A DNA stretch of 64,000 nucleotides from Iphione sp. A-MEVVRFRX5 (GCA_976226885.1 OZ320314.1:35712001-35776000); one strand, 5' to 3'; positions 14,438 through 29,100 are shown, numbered from the stretch's first letter. The notes: a model not told the origin generated them from the sequence alone. Translations and numbers: made by a program.

Positions 14438-15200
14438 TTTGAGATTTGAATGATTTATTCACTTCTCGATGTAACAATAAACAAGGAGCTCTTACAGTAA
14501 ATACATTGAGTGGTTAGGAAGAGTGCAAAATAAGAAATGTTTGACACAATATTCATTGATGTTACAATTTTGACAGGAAAGTTTTGAGCGTTTTTACTGA
14601 TACCTGAACTTTCTCTGCAGCGGTTGGAGAATTCCACTTTTGAATATGCATAAACCAGAAAGATCTTTGTTATTTAGACAGATGCGGGTTCATCGTCGAC
14701 ATCACAGAGGTATCACTTAATCCCGTGTTCCTCTTAAACTGCTTTAACTTTACCATAGGTCCAGGGAATTCAGTCGGTGTATGATCAAAACAAGTGACAA
14801 CTCTCCTCTGACTTAGAGTGAAGCTTTATTAGCCTCCTCCAGGCTATAGCTGAATTCTTTGTAAGTAGACTGCCAATAATCACAAACTTAAGGGCTCTCT
14901 ATCCAGCTCCACCTGTATTGCATCTTAGTAGCTTCTTGTGGCTTGTGACAACATATATGAGACCATATTCACAACGTGGCAATATCACTGCTCCAAATGT
15001 CCTGATTGTATTTCCAAAACATCATTGAATGTTAGAAATGTTCAATAGGGAATAAGCTCTAAGCTTGATTTTCTTCCTCATACACTCAACCATTGGCTTC
15101 CAAGGTGGCTTACTGTCTATCTTGCAGCCTATGATACTGATAGACAACCGTTTGTTTTCTCATTGGCTTTCACTTGGCCTAAAATGAAGACCGATTCTCT
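14438..15200 (-). mobile_element. decayed 5'-truncated non-LTR retrotransposon (CR1/L2-group LINE): RT C-terminal region plus 3' end
   Basis: Minus-strand translation 15150->14880: RLSISIIGCKIDSKPPWKPMVECMRKKIKLRAYSLL..*..RTFGAVILPRCEYG..KLL(fs)DAIQ..RALKFVI. This follows the CR1/L2 ORF2 consensus ILGVT.DSKLTWK.H...CKKA.....Y...IRP.LEY....LD.IQRRA.R.I. Downstream on the same strand, AATAAA (14459-14454) is followed by a TTCAAAT-like tail, as expected at a LINE 3' end. Contains stops and frameshifts. Confidence 0.6.
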
Positions 15201-17054
15201 CAAAATGACTCTTTTCTCGTTGACTACATAACATTCCCTATTCATTTATTACTATGTGCAGTAATTCATTGGTGGCGTTTCGATAAAATGCGGTCCATTT
15301 GGCCCAGTCCGTAAGACGAGTGAATGTTACTCATCAAATTCAAAGTTCCCCCCAGCACTTTAGTCATTACGTGCATGCTATGCCCATCGCCATGGCTTTG
15401 AAGATGGCTTAGAGGAAACATGATTCAAACTAAATTGATTCTGTTTTGATCTCGTGTGCTCGGATCATTTATCTTTAAATATTCACGACCACGGTCCCGC
15501 CCATCGCTGGCTAGCATGCAACTTCCATCCTTATTAAATCTCTAATTAAGCTGGTCCTTTTCCCAACGGGAGACTTCCATGTTCGACCTGCGGCTGTCAC
15601 CTTTTTGGTCTACGGTATGAATAATTGGTGGGCCAAGCTGGTTTGTCGGGGCGCGGCCAACCAATAGAAGTCACACGACCAGACGTGATGATGGCACTCT
15701 CCGCATGCAGTTAATAGTCACAGTCCATCCCAAGCCTTTCGGGGTCCCTGGCACCGCCTGGGTTTTTAATGTAGAAGGACTTCGGCTCCTCGTGGAGAGC
15801 TGCAAAATACATTACGGTCTGATTCCTCTTTTCTACAACATGTAACGATGCCAGATGGTGCCTCTTACTTTTTTGATATGTAAAGTTGAATGGCCATCAT
15901 CTTGGGTCGGAATTTTAGAGTCTCCTTAAATAGGAGTATGTCCGGCACATGTCCAACGAATTGAAAAATTCCGGCTAATTTCAGTTTCGTGGTTTCGATG
16001 TTTTTGCCCCTTTATGTGATGCCTTATGGGGTTGTTGTCCAAGAGCGGGAAGGTAATTCCAACAAAACATGCAAGAGAGTCGACAGTTTCGGAGAAATAC
16101 TGGTCTAGTACAAGCCAGCTTCACCAGTCTTTGACGGCGAGTGTTGTAGATTGGTTCTAATTGCCCGCCCCCCTGGCGGCGAACGTTTAGCATGCGTGCA
16201 CTGTCCAACGCTAACTGAAGGCAGTCGGGGCTGGAAAGGAAACGCAGTCGGCAGAGAGGGACGTTCGCGGGAGGAAACGGGGCGGGAGAAAGTGGAAAGG
16301 GGGTGTTTTCGTGTTAGGGCACAATGGAGAGGAGTGGCCTTGGCCAGCTGCCGATGAAAGAGACACGGAGGGTAAGGGGCGGCGGGTTGGGCCTGGGTCG
16401 GCCGTCAAAATGACTGACCACTGGTCAACCAATGACACAAGCGGGCTCCATTGCTGTTGCGTGCCAGGGTCAGCGGGCGCCTGGAGTGCAGGCTGTCTAC
16501 CAAAGCGGCGCCGCACACCCTTTCCTGCAGCCTGTAATGACACGTTGTGGATAATTTTCCCCTTCAAGTTAGATTGCTTTTCTGTGTCAAAATTAAAGCC
16601 ATTGTGATGCGCTCCATTCCGTCACTTATCCCAACAGGGGCCCGGCCTCCAGTAAAGCACAGAATGCCGCGAAATAAATACCAGTGATTTCAGAGGACAT
16701 TTGTGAATCTATTTCGTAAGCTCTTCTTCTGGCTCTATATTCAAACGTTGACGTGACCAGGGAAACACTAGGGGATCGGATAAGGTTTCAAACAGAGGGA
16801 ACTTTGTCATAGAGGCAACATAATGAGGTATAACAATGACTGGATCAAAACTGTCAAATAATGGAAGCACAAACATTCTAGGTACGTACATGTACATGTA
16901 TCTCATCCAGCAAAAAAAACTAGAAATACAGGTATACAATAAAAGCGCAGTCCCTACAAGTACAATGCACATGATCTCATAGCAAATGGCAACTGTGTGC
17001 ATTCACAATATGACAAATGTAATAAAAAAGAAACTGAGGCAGCAGATATGACAA

Positions 17055-17377
17055 GGCCTAAAAAATGTCTGTGTTTCTGGTAACAAGCTAAAAAAAATAC
17101 AGGATCGGTTGGTAGGTCACATTTTTTATTTTTCTTTTTTTAATGTAAAAGGATCCTGAAAGCAACAGATGTGTATGGTAATATTACTTATACTGGTTTA
17201 ATAAAACATATGCCAAATGAAAGTCAGTGACCTAAGGAACAATTTGGTGTATAGAACATGTCTCTATCATTATTCATTCTGAAGTTATTCAAATAACAAG
17301 AACAAAATAAAAAGTCACAATGGAGTCTAGTATAGGGTCGGTCGGGTTACCGGAAACAGTTATTTTTTGTTTAGGCC
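17055..17377. mobile_element. PIF/Harbinger (Tourist-like) MITE, copy 1
   Basis: TIRs GGCCTAAAAAATGTCTGTGTTTCTGGTAAC ... GTTACCGGAAACAGTTATTTTTTGTTTAGGCC. Flanks CAA/TAA (TWA TSD with one change). Internal sequence homologous to 43172-43512 (e.g. ATGTCTCTATCATTATTCAT, CAAATGAAAG, AGGGTCGGTCGGGTTACCGGAAACA). Confidence 0.8.
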
Positions 17378-19253
17378 TAATCATAAGCTTCATGCATCGA
17401 GGGTTTTTCTTTGAAATAATATGTTCCTAGATGACATTAACTTCCATTAATAACAATTGCTTTAAAAGAGTTTTTCCCAAATAATGCACAATGTGGTCTT
17501 GAGAACCATGTGGACTTTTGTGATAGAATTGGATGAAAAGTGACTATCGCATGCTCGGATACACGTGCATGTACGCTTCTTCCTTTGTATATGAGAATTC
17601 CGTTCTTTAAGACAGGTCTTACCATTAGGGAAATTTTACCTTCTGCTGTGAGGCTCGTCTGGCTTGAGGCTTTGTTCATGGCCACAGTGGGCCGGAGCAC
17701 ACCTGTGCAATGACTAAGCGCTACGGACGGCCTCAGACACAGACGCCCATCTTTCGCCCGAAGGGGGATCGCATGCCAGTCGTCAGTGACCATGATGGTG
17801 CAGTACGAAATGCCCCTGTGTGTAAGCGAACGGCAAAGAGGGCCTGAAACTAACTCATTGAACAATGCCCACGCTTGCGCCTGGCCCTCTCACTTTATCG
17901 CATTTTTGTCCTCCGGTTGCCATCCAAAACCCATCCGTCATCCTTCATGCCGCCACTCTTGCACCTAATGCGGCCAAGAAACACGAGTCGGACGCCTATA
18001 GTGATTGCCTAATTCTTCCCCAAATGTTTCTTGCGTCAAATATCCGAAGCGTTTTTGAAGATGTGATGGATTGGCCACATTAAATATTCAACGCTCTCGA
18101 GGCAGGCACACGGGCTGCACCGGCGAAGAGTCTTCCTTTTGAAGAGGGGCTTCCATCTTTAGCCTTTCACGCAGGCTGAAACATAGCACCCTTATTGCGT
18201 TTTAAACGTACACATCTTTCCCCAGGGAACCTGGCGTTTCAATACTCCAGATCTATGAAGTGTGGGCGCCAAAAAACGACTATACGCAACTAAGAATGGC
18301 GCAAGAAGAAGTGCCACGGCACATACCTTCACCTGTCTCATTTAGCAGATTCAAGAGATACGCCTCCGGCGCACAGCACTCTAGATCATTTGTCCTATTG
18401 TGTGTTGATTATGTATGTTCTCATTTGCTCCTCAGACAGAAAATATCTTACATATTAGAAAGTAATACCGATACACCCCAGAGTGTAACCGCATAGCTGA
18501 AGTCCGCCAGCCTCTGTCACATTTAATAACCGAATCAGGGCGGGATATGCACAGTTTTTATCTGCGGCGTTTTTGGTATATATCGAGGAACCATACATTT
18601 ATCGAGTTACTCTGCATGAAGCAGATGTGTTTGTGTCCTATACATATTGTATATAAATCCAAGTTGTGTACTTGCAAGTGAAGCAGATGTGTGCCTCTCT
18701 TACCTAACGCTTTTTCATTTATTTTTCCTCGCATGCATGTCAGAAGCAATTTGTTTCGCACTACATCGGCGACCGAAATATTCATATATGTATAGTTAAA
18801 ACATTTTATCTTGGATAATCTAGATGGATGAGAGAGCTTACCGGACATAAACTACCGTAAGTACATGGAAACAGGTGCCCCGGGGTAATTACAAGCGTTT
18901 GACCCCAAAGCTCTCCATTAGCAGAAGCTATTGGGGATAGGTACCAACCTTGAACGAGACGGTCTATAGTATATACTTCTCACATTTTCCATAACATTCA
19001 CAAGGCGCTTTAATGTTAAACGAAAGTTACATGAGATTTATTTGAGCCGTACCATGACAATAATGTGTTGTCAATTGATCGACCAGTTTCAAAATGGCGA
19101 TTAAAATAGGAAAAACGTGCGTATGATTATCACTATTCAAGCAAGAAAGGTTTTTATCTAGGAAATGACTCTTGAAATGACCAAACTCTTTAGAAAGTGA
19201 ATTATTTGTAGATGATTCGAATAATCTTCTTTCTTTGGAGAGTTATGGAAGTA

Positions 19254-19340
19254 CAGTGGAAACTCTCTACTATGGACAGCAAAGGGACTGGCCAAAAACT
19301 GTCCATAAAGAGGAGTGTCCTTTGTAGAGGAGTTCCACTG
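19254..19340. mobile_element. 87-bp Tc1/mariner (pogo-like) MITE
   Basis: TA|CAGTGGAAACTCTCTAC ... GTAGAGGAGTTCCACTG|TA: TA TSD on both sides, 17-bp TIR with 3 mismatches, plus inner inverted repeat TATGGACAG/CTGTCCATA. Confidence 0.75.
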
Positions 19341-22300
19341 TATCTCGATTAGAACAGTTAAGAAAATACTCTTTTCAAGTATTAAGTACAATAAAAGGCA
19401 TATATTTTAAATTCTGTGCATTTGTCAGTTGTAGCCATATCCCATCATGTATTTGTAGAACGGACGTATTTAATCAAAACCAGTACAAAACCTGCACGGT
19501 TGATATGAGCTTAAAGGCTAGCTTCCATAGCTGTATTACATTGCATTTTAATCTATTTCCTTGAGTTATATCTTTTTCAAAGACTCTCGATGGGGGGATC
19601 CCCATTCATGCTATGCAGTATGTGTATGTATGTATATATGTATGTGCATTGTCTGTTTTGGAAAGGTGTTCATTAATTTCATGCAAACATATACAAACAC
19701 ATGAGTAGGGTATGGAACAGGGGCCTAGGACCAGGCTTAAGATATGACATCTATGTATAAAATGCACTTAATTTACGTATCATTAGCACAAAAGCATGCA
19801 GCGACACAAATTTCCAACATTTGGCACTAATTCAAGACATTTGCAGAAAAAATGAGATACTCCACAAGCAACCGAAAATGGTGGAATAAAGGCAGGAAAC
19901 ACCAATACACCGCATACACAGTCAAAGGACACCTGCACGTATGCACTGTATTTTCAACAGTGCAATGCAATGCACACACACGCACATGTATGCAGACACA
20001 GATACGGAGACCGACCTTAAATTTGCTTAATTGGGTTATATTTCAGTTGCAGTTACCTATACGGTGAATCGTAGACAAAGGTGCTTCTGGAGAGCCGTAG
20101 TGGTCTAAATCGTGTGCCCTGTTGACGTGGCTTTTAGACATTCAACCGGTTGCAGATTCAAAGAGATGGATCTCTGAATATCGTCGAGTTCATTGGCTGT
20201 ATGAAAGGCAGTGACTGTGGCAGACGCGCTGAATGATGCTCGGAGCTCACTGTGAGCTTCAAAGCATGGGCTTAACACACCATTTACTGACTAGTTCAAG
20301 GAGCAAGAGAATAACGTCCGCAATCTGGCGCAAAACCTCATAGAAATGTAATGATAGCTATTGTCTCTTCATCTGGCAGTAAGATTATTGTAGCATATGA
20401 TCTAACCGCGAAAGATTGGGCCATTTCTGTCCGGTTTCTGTGAAGACAGTTGAGAAGTAAAACAGATATGAATAATGTATGGGGAGTTAAAACCTGATCT
20501 TTACCTGGTATCTGAAAATAATGATTGTTTCATTTCAAAAGCTTTAGTAATGATGAAATAGTCTGTTTATCGTCCATCCTATACATTTATAATCGATTTT
20601 TCATTATTCGCTTCGTCTCATTGGCGATATATATCACCCAGATAACATTCGTTCTCTTCGTTTACCCCTCTTTTTTGTATTTTCATGAATCGTAGACAGG
20701 TCCTCATTCACAATTTTCTGAAATGGCATTGCGTGTGGACATGCGTTGCTTTGGCAGAGCTCAAATCGGCCTTTTTTTGGCATAGTGTCCAGAGAAAGGA
20801 ACATTCGTAGAAGAAAGAACACTCCTACTTCAGCCTGGTTCGGGCGGAAGCTTTAAAGTGAAGACCATGACCCAAAGGCATTTAGTTTTCTCCTCAAAGC
20901 TTACCTACACAATACTCGCTCTAAATGCTCTCCTACCCGCTGGCCGTATTTCTTGTAAACTGGTCTTACAACATCGCATGGACTAGGAAACGCTGCATTT
21001 GTATGAACGCTTCACATTCGTGATTTCCGTTTTTTTTCTTGCTGGACCGAATGTTTTACAGCACAAACTATAACCTGCCCTCGGTCTGTACATGAAATGA
21101 GTTCCACGGCAAAAACGTCATCATGTAATTTTTTGTCGAAAAGAACCTAACAAAAGAAATACAGGTACACTTCTAATGATTCGCTGATGATTTCGCAGAC
21201 TCAACACGAAGAGAGCAAAAATAACTAAACAATTGTCGTCCAAGAAGCTCTGTTGTCGGGACTCCTTCGACAGCAAAGCAATTTAGCCTGTCTTCTGTAG
21301 TCTGCTGGACCATCTTTAATGCTGGCATTCTGGGGATATTGCCTGTCAGTCGTACGCTTATGGTCCGGGGCGAGCCAGCTCCGGTCATCATGACAACCCC
21401 AATATTAGATTTACCGATTTCAGCTTCGGTTGCATTGTTTCAATTACTGGCTTTTTCATGCGAAGCAGCCAGTGGAGTGACGCGCGCGGTCCGGTAATTA
21501 TGTATTGGGCATCTGTCAGTCGAACTGGCGGAGCGGCCAACAGGAAAGGATATGGGAATACTCTTGATGTAGCGGCGCCAAAAGGACCTTTCCCTCTGTG
21601 AACCGCGCCAATTTGAAGCGGCGTAAGAAAGCGAAAACTCGCCATGCTACTGTGGGGGTGTTTCCCCCCTCTGAGAAGATGGACTTCACACATGCACACA
21701 CATAGGAACCAAAAATACACACTCAAAACGACACACAGAGACGCATACTGCATTTATTCCTAGAAAAGTGTCACCCACTTAAGTCGTGGGTTCTGAATTT
21801 TATCTACTAAACGAAATCCTTATTTCAGAGCTCTTGGAATCAATACGGCAATAAAAAATGCATTGATGAAAAGGACACAGTTCGGAAGACCAAAGGCTTT
21901 AATCAAAAAGTCAAGTCTGATTAATGTTAAATAGAAAGCGAAACGTGATCAGAAGACAGGACAACTGTCGCTAAGAGGAGCGTACGTCTTAGATGTAATG
22001 GTGTGAAGATTATATGTTAGGTATTTGCAGTCACTATCTTTTCACCTGAGATACAATAAGCACGTTATTCGTAGTCGCCGCTGCGACAAGAGCTAGGACT
22101 ACATTACTAGATTGAATTTGGCCTTTGTCAGTATGCCACAAGTCGTCTTCAAGCCGCTAATGCAGACAAAGCTCCCTCAGATTGAGAGAACTTTTTTTCC
22201 CAGCGTTCTCCCCTCTCCAAGCACTCAAGATGCTCGTTGATACTTGCATGATGCAATTCTCTCGTCTTCGCGACAACACTGCCGGATCCTTCACTCACAC

Positions 22301-24192
22301 ATATTCCAGTTATGGATGTAGGAGGGGAGCTGCCAGGTTGCATCTGTGACAGAATCCATTAAACATTCCGAGTAGAAGTTCTGACAACAGGCTTTTATCC
22401 TCCTGGCTGCATGTTCGTGTCCATTCAGGGATACCTCTCTCTAAGTTATGATGCTGATCAATTTGGCACACGTCTGAAATCGTGCTTGGGCATGTATCGT
22501 ATTTTGGATCTTCGGATGCATTAGATCAGTGGGCAGAATTTACGACTCGCCAGCATAGCAGCTCGGATCAAAATGAGATAAGACCGACCGCAAGGCGGGC
22601 AGCATGCTGCGGGTTAGGTGGGTCTATTGTTATCGAGGAGATAGTGTTTCAAACACTGACATTTGTGACCAGAATTGAAGTTAGCGTGGGAGTGTTTGCT
22701 GGGGGGCCTTTTCAGTCAATTTTGCTGACAATGCTGTTTTAAATATCACCGCATATGCGGGCGTATCTCTGGTTGGTCAGTGCTGTGAAAGTGGTAGTAC
22801 TAGTAGCGGTAGTCGTAGCAGTAGTAGAAGGGAAACTAATGCATTCCTAGTTACGGTGATGCATGGTTAGTGGTATAGGGTGGTGAGGGTGACGGACGCA
22901 GCGAGTTACCTTATAGGGGATACTGACCTTCGCCGGCTGTGGGGATCTGGTCAACAACTATATGGTCGTTATCGCTGTCCTGGTTCAATGATCAGCGTAA
23001 TCTAGCGACTATCACCCGCTAGGACAGAGATCGGTCCCCTGAGTGGCTTGCAATTGAGCCCCCCATTAGACCTGTCTGGCTTCGCTCTCTAGCCGTCGTT
23101 TCTATTGTGGCCTGTAAAGGACCCCATCGCAGGTGCCCTTCGGTCGTTGTCTTCTCAGCGCCGTTCCGTCCTCCCCATCACCGCTCGGTCCTCCTCTGAT
23201 TAGTGACCCGTGGGGTCATCACCACGCCGTCGACGCTAGCGCCAGGCCGCGGCATAGAACATCAACAAAAACTCGGGTTGAAGTGTCAAACCATAGACAC
23301 TTTGTTGGTTCTATTGTCCCTTCACGCTTGGCTTGACCATGAAGTGGCCGTCATGTCATTGCCTCACGCTTCCCATCGCTCATCAATGCTTTTAGCCTGC
23401 AGGGGAGCTCTGGCATCACAAATGTTTAGAGCCTATTCACAAGAAAAGGCACGTGTTTTTAACTGGCCGCTGATTTTCTCCCGGGACACATTACCCGTCT
23501 ATAAATCGCCGAAACCGAATGGGCTGTATATTACAGAATTCTAGTAAGGGTGCGAATGGCCTTTTTTTGCTGTTGATTTCTCAAACCGGTATACAACGTA
23601 CTTACGGTGCGTAAAGATCTCGGTTGAAATCTAGCAGGTGTCCTCGGGCTAAGGTATATTTGCAACAAAAGTGACGCAGGTGCAACAGCCAAGCGCTGGA
23701 GGCCCATCACTGAAGGCTTTCTACCTTTCTAGAGGTAGGGAGCACGACCCGCTTGGAGCTTGAGCTGCTCGTTTGCTTGTCGCTTTGGCCCCAGCGTATA
23801 CTCTGTTCACCTCTATATGCACTACGTCGAACTTTCATCATAACAACCATTGATATATTCAGCTGAGAGCAAACGGGTCGGTATGGAGGGTGTTAATGAT
23901 TTCGCCCGTATTGTGTCGTTGTTCGGTTAGTACGCGGGCGCGGGGTACTAGTCATAATGATGCACGCGGAGGCTTCACAGGCGCGCACCGCTTCCTACTA
24001 CGGCTACTACCGCTACTATCGGTTCGCGTTGATCAATAACGGCTACTGGCGCGCACTCTGGTGGCTGATGAGGCAACAACTGCCAGGCAGACTGTGCTGT
24101 CCATGAAGAGCACGTGCGCGCCGCAGCGTCGGCAGTAGGAGCGGCCCTAGAAGCAGCGGCAGCGGCGTGTTTGTGTGCCTGGGCGTGTCCCG

Positions 24193-24221
24193 CCACCACC
24201 ACCACCACCGCCACACACACA
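24193..24221. repeat. compound microsatellite (CCA)5 + (CA)n
   Basis: ccaccaccaccaccaccgccacacacaca, read directly. Confidence 0.85.
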
Positions 24222-24756
24222 CCTTGAGGACTAACCTGTGCAGATGGGCGGATGCGGCGTCGCCAGGTCTGGCCTCACCTATCACCGGTAGTGCGAGCAG
24301 GCTCACAGACAAACACAGCGGCGCTGCAGCGGGATCCACGCAAGCTCGGTAACCTTCAACGCCACCGGCTGCAGTGTCCGCGGCCATTGCCCGAGCCACA
24401 GCGGCATGGTGTTGTGCGCGGTCGTGCATGCAGCGATCCAGTCGAGTGACGCCGCCGCCTGCCAGTATGCGCTGACAATACGACGGCTAGAGGGGCGGCG
24501 GCTGGCTCAGTGTGCGCGCTAGTTTCTCTTACACTTCTACGACTACAAGACCCTGTTCACCCCTTTGAAGACCACACCGCTTGCTTTCAGTTTGTGGGCG
24601 ATAGCTGTTGGTTCAACTGCCGCATGGACAGACTAGGCAGCTACCTCCTGGAGTAGCAGGAGAGTTTCATCGAGAGGTCGCCATCGAGAGGTGTCAGGCA
24701 GTGACCCGGTGGCAAATACCACTCAGACAAATAACACATTTCGCCTTTTTCTGTAG

Positions 24757-24860
24757 ATGGCATCACCGAGCCAAACCTACGTGGATTAAGCCTTTCCTCC
24801 TCCAGACACGAAGGCCAATTCAGAGTGCGGAGGTACCACTGACACTGACAGTTCCCACAG
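24757..24860 (+). other. candidate 104-nt internal exon
   Basis: Acceptor TTCGCCTTTTTCTGTAG ends at 24756 and donor CAG|GTATGT starts at 24861. One frame is open (WHHRAKPTWIKPFLLQTRRPIQSAEVPLTLTVPT; phase 2 in, phase 1 out). Peptide not recognised. Confidence 0.3.
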
Positions 24861-26116
24861 GTATGTAAAGGTCTGCTGCTCGAACTTACGTATGGCGGCG
24901 TGCTCCCGGCCGCCCCACCCCGTGTCATACGTTCTGTATCACCGTGCATACGTGCTGAGGATGATGATGGAAAAATCCCAACAATGTCATGTTCTCCTCA
25001 GGCCCTCCGTCCGATCGGCCTTGTTGCTTTCTTGTCGGGCACTTGTCTTCTGAGAGGCTCACGAGTCCATATGTCGTCCAATTATGTCTTTGTTTTCCTA
25101 TGCACTATATTGGTTCATCTATAGTCGATCTGATGGTTGTTAGGCATTGTCTCCATAATAAACGGCCGATTAATAATCAATGATGATACGGACACGCAAC
25201 ATTTAGCTGGATGGGCAGGCAGCAACTTCCAGCTAGCTTTATTGTTTGAGCAAATACATTGAAAATGGCGCTGGTGCGCACGCTGTTCAGGAGCGACCTT
25301 CATAGATAGCGGGTCCAATCTGAGCCTCGAAATTCGGTACCCGTGGGGTTATGTTGTCATCGGATTCGGCTCTAATCAGTAGATAATACCTATTGATGCA
25401 GACAACCAAGGTAAATCGGCTTGCGTGCCGAAGGGATCCCCCGGGCCAAATGGTAATCAATTTTTCGCTCGTTGTTCCTCATGCACTTCCCTACTTGGTT
25501 ATACAGGGTCAGATACTTATGGCAACAAATTCTGCTCGGCAGCTGTAGGTTACGGCCGCTTTCATCTTCCATGAATAACCTTTCAGAGACTTCTCTTGCT
25601 TTGCAAGTTATTCGGTTTTTGGTTTAACGAAGCAATTTCGTACGACGATGACATTCAAAGGAAACAACAGCACGCTTTGAATACATAGGGATCCACATTC
25701 TCTTGGAATGCCAATAGCATTCTCCCTCTTCTGAAGATAACCTATAACGAATCGTATTCAGTGGGTAGACAGGTGAGAAGGCGTAATGCACAGCGAACGA
25801 TGTCTAATATTTGGCTGACCTTTCGGCTGCCAGGTATCGGATGATGCTACAGTATGGGAATAAAAAAAAAGTTCATTATGGAGAATGTCTTGGTGCTGCT
25901 CCATATGGCTCAGCTGAGTCTCTCGGGCATACGTCTTATTAGAGCTAGAAGGCAGCCGGCCATTGGACCTTTCGCAGAGCTGGTATCAGCTTTCCGCGAA
26001 TGGTGTGAGTCATCCGATCAGCCGGTTAGTGGTGACTATAGATCCGTCACATGGCGTATAGCGATGACACACGTTGGGGGGCAGCCCTGACAGGCACCTC
26101 CGCGGGCGACAGCAAA

Positions 26117-26194
26117 GGGGGGTGGGCGACAGTCGGTGGGTGGGTGGGTGGCTGGGTTGTTGGGTGTGTGGGTGGGAGGGCGATGGGAAGTGGG
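26117..26194 (+). repeat. GGGT-rich low-complexity tract, G-quadruplex potential
   Basis: Multiple GGG runs: ggtgggtgggtgggtgg..gggtgtgtgggtgggagggcgatggg. Confidence 0.7.
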
Positions 26195-29100
26195 TTGGTG
26201 CAGAACGGTGGCAGGCGACTGTTGTACCGGCTTATCCCTTCTGTTTGTATTTACCCGCATTCCGAAGCCCCCAAAGGGTCCGCAACCAGCGGGAAGAAAT
26301 CCTTCAGGTGAATTGCCATTCATCGTGGTGTCCATTGGCCTGGATGAAAATCCTCCCTAGGCGCCATCCCATCCCAGCTTCTTCTGTGTTTCTTGTGCAT
26401 ACTCATGTCCCTTTCCGTCTGTTTTTTTCCATTCCCAGAAATTCGTCTGTCCAGGATATCTGCACGTCCTCATCCCTAATCCGGTGTCTTTTCTCTCCGT
26501 CTACTTCATCCTAATCTTGTCCCACTTCTTCCTGTTCCCGATCCTCTATGTTGCAGCGTAACCCGACTCGAGATATTGACTTGTATCCCGGGTGTCGCCC
26601 ACCTGAATGCAACCGCAGTTCCTTAAGCATACCACCAGCTCTAATGGTATACAGCGTGCTTGATCTTAGTAGTATACGCAAATGCAACTTTAGAACTGGC
26701 AATACACGTACGTTGCTGACGGCATAGACTGTCATGAATACGCTCCTGTCCGAAGTAGACACTCAATCTTTTTAGTACGATAGGTGGAGCGGATGTATTC
26801 CAGATAGAAAAATGAAAAATAAGCGCTGTGGCGTTGCGTCTTCCTACCCAGTAAGTATAAGAATTTGTTTCTGAATGAGAACATATTTATACCTATGCGT
26901 GGTGTGTAAGGTACAGTTGGTTGACTGTGCAATTGTCGAGTTACATATCAGAGTGGAAGACACTACGGTGTGTACACACGATATGATTTCAGAAGGAAAC
27001 TAGCTTATTACCTAGGAAGGTTGTAAAATATATACAGTATGTACCCTCAATATTTTCCGAAATATGTGGCTCGCATTTAAGTATTCAATTAAATTTAAAT
27101 GAATAAGTGTACATGTACATAATGTATATGAGCGTCGATCGGGGTTGTTAGTACACTTCAATATCTAGTTCACGTTTTGGCGGTATTCCTTCAGTAATTA
27201 ATGACGTATCATAAACACTACAGCTCTTTTGCACATTTCATCTAGACTAGAAATTGCTACCTTCCAGAACATATCAGTAAACAACAGATGCGAAGTGGTA
27301 TTGCTGTCTTTAAAATAGATCTATATTGTTTATTGTCGATATTCTAAGGTTTTGCGTTTGGTTAGTAATAATTGTTTTTCTTTTGACCACTTTGATATCT
27401 CGTTGAGATATTGTTTTTGAGGCAACGGCCGTTCTGATGCATTAAGCTCATACAAATGACTTCATGCGGTTGTTCTTTTTAGAAGAGAACATTCTCGTCT
27501 CACCACGGTTAACTGTATACAGGGGCATAACAGGAAATACGAAGCTCTAACGGCGGATAAAAATTGTGAAACCTTCACTGCCGCATACATCTACGTCATT
27601 CATTTCATATTTCCCCTGATAGAAGCCATATGCTTCCCGAAAGGTACACCGTGTTGTTTTCTCATCCCTCATGAAAGATTATTTTTTCTTTCTAGTTCAT
27701 ATTAAAACCGAAATGAAACGTGCTTTAAGCTACCCATGAATCCGTTTGGATCACATTCAGCGGTATTAAAGACAAATAGATTTTCCTTTTGGGGACCATT
27801 ATCACTTTTTTTTCATTCAATTAGATAAGTACATTCATTTTTGGAAATTACTACAGAAAACACTTCTCCTGATCTATGCCACTGTTACGACTTCTCGCGT
27901 TGCCACATTAATAGCACCATATATAATAATGCAGCCAAACGGTTACCAGAATATCCATATTGAGTAAAATCTACATGTAAATATATGATATCGGCCCACA
28001 CGGTAATAATTATACAATTGGCGTGCCGCTCCTAATTCGACAGAGAAGATTACAAATGGAAGCCTGGGCTCTGTTATAAGTAGATCGCATAATTCCATCT
28101 GATGTGCCTACATCAGTTTCCTTTTTAGTCGCGACAAGCCCAAGCAATCAGGCCATTTACATAGGTGCAGTTTGTGCGGACCTGTTATTGTTGTACTTAA
28201 TGCCTCAGCATGCGAAACATACCGCACGCTTTCCCGTTGATGGCGATCAGCACAGCCAGTTGGGCTCTCCTAGGTAGCTATTCCATCCCTGTGTTTAGCA
28301 TTAGGTAATTGCTGATTGCTTTAGACTAGGGATGCTATACGGAACCTGGGGAACAGTGAAGCTGCTGTTAATTGTTTTGCTGCGTCGATAAGTGGGATTC
28401 TTCCGTCACCCAGCTGGACTGGCAATGAGACAATAATAACAACATCGATCACAGAAATACATATTGATTGCTGGTGTAAGTGAGGTTATGTTTGTGGTAA
28501 TTTAACGACGAAGTCCATGAAAGTTTGCAGAAAAAAAGGAAAGTCGGACTATTTTCGGCGTCCTGTAAATCACAGAAACATGATGATGCGATTTTCAATC
28601 GTTGAGGAGAGATGATCGGTTTCTAAACAAAAACAAAAATTTGTATCAGTATGAACATGGCTAACACACAAGAGGCGCCTACACGGTACAGCGCGAATAA
28701 GGCAACTTCATCATACGGTGGTTGACATTAGGCCGCCTGCGGGTTATTATCATACACAGTATAAGCACAGTGCGTCCGAGCTCCATTGTCGGAAAATTCA
28801 ACCGATCTAGAAAGGCGTTAGCATAAAATAAAAGACTGGCCCGTATGCTTCGATTTAGGTAATAGAATATATGTCAAGGAATTAAGTTAGTAATACAAGT
28901 GCAATTCAAAGAAAGGTCATGTCATGTACTTAAAAAAATGCATACAATTGTTTCCTATTCCCATCATGGAATGTCGCATGTCAAAATCACAACTTTGCAC
29001 TATACGTGTAGCATGCCTGGACATTTACATGATTATGGTGTTCGTCGATTCAAAGTGCGTGTATTTCATGCCATTGCTGATGCATCACATTGTGCCTAAC

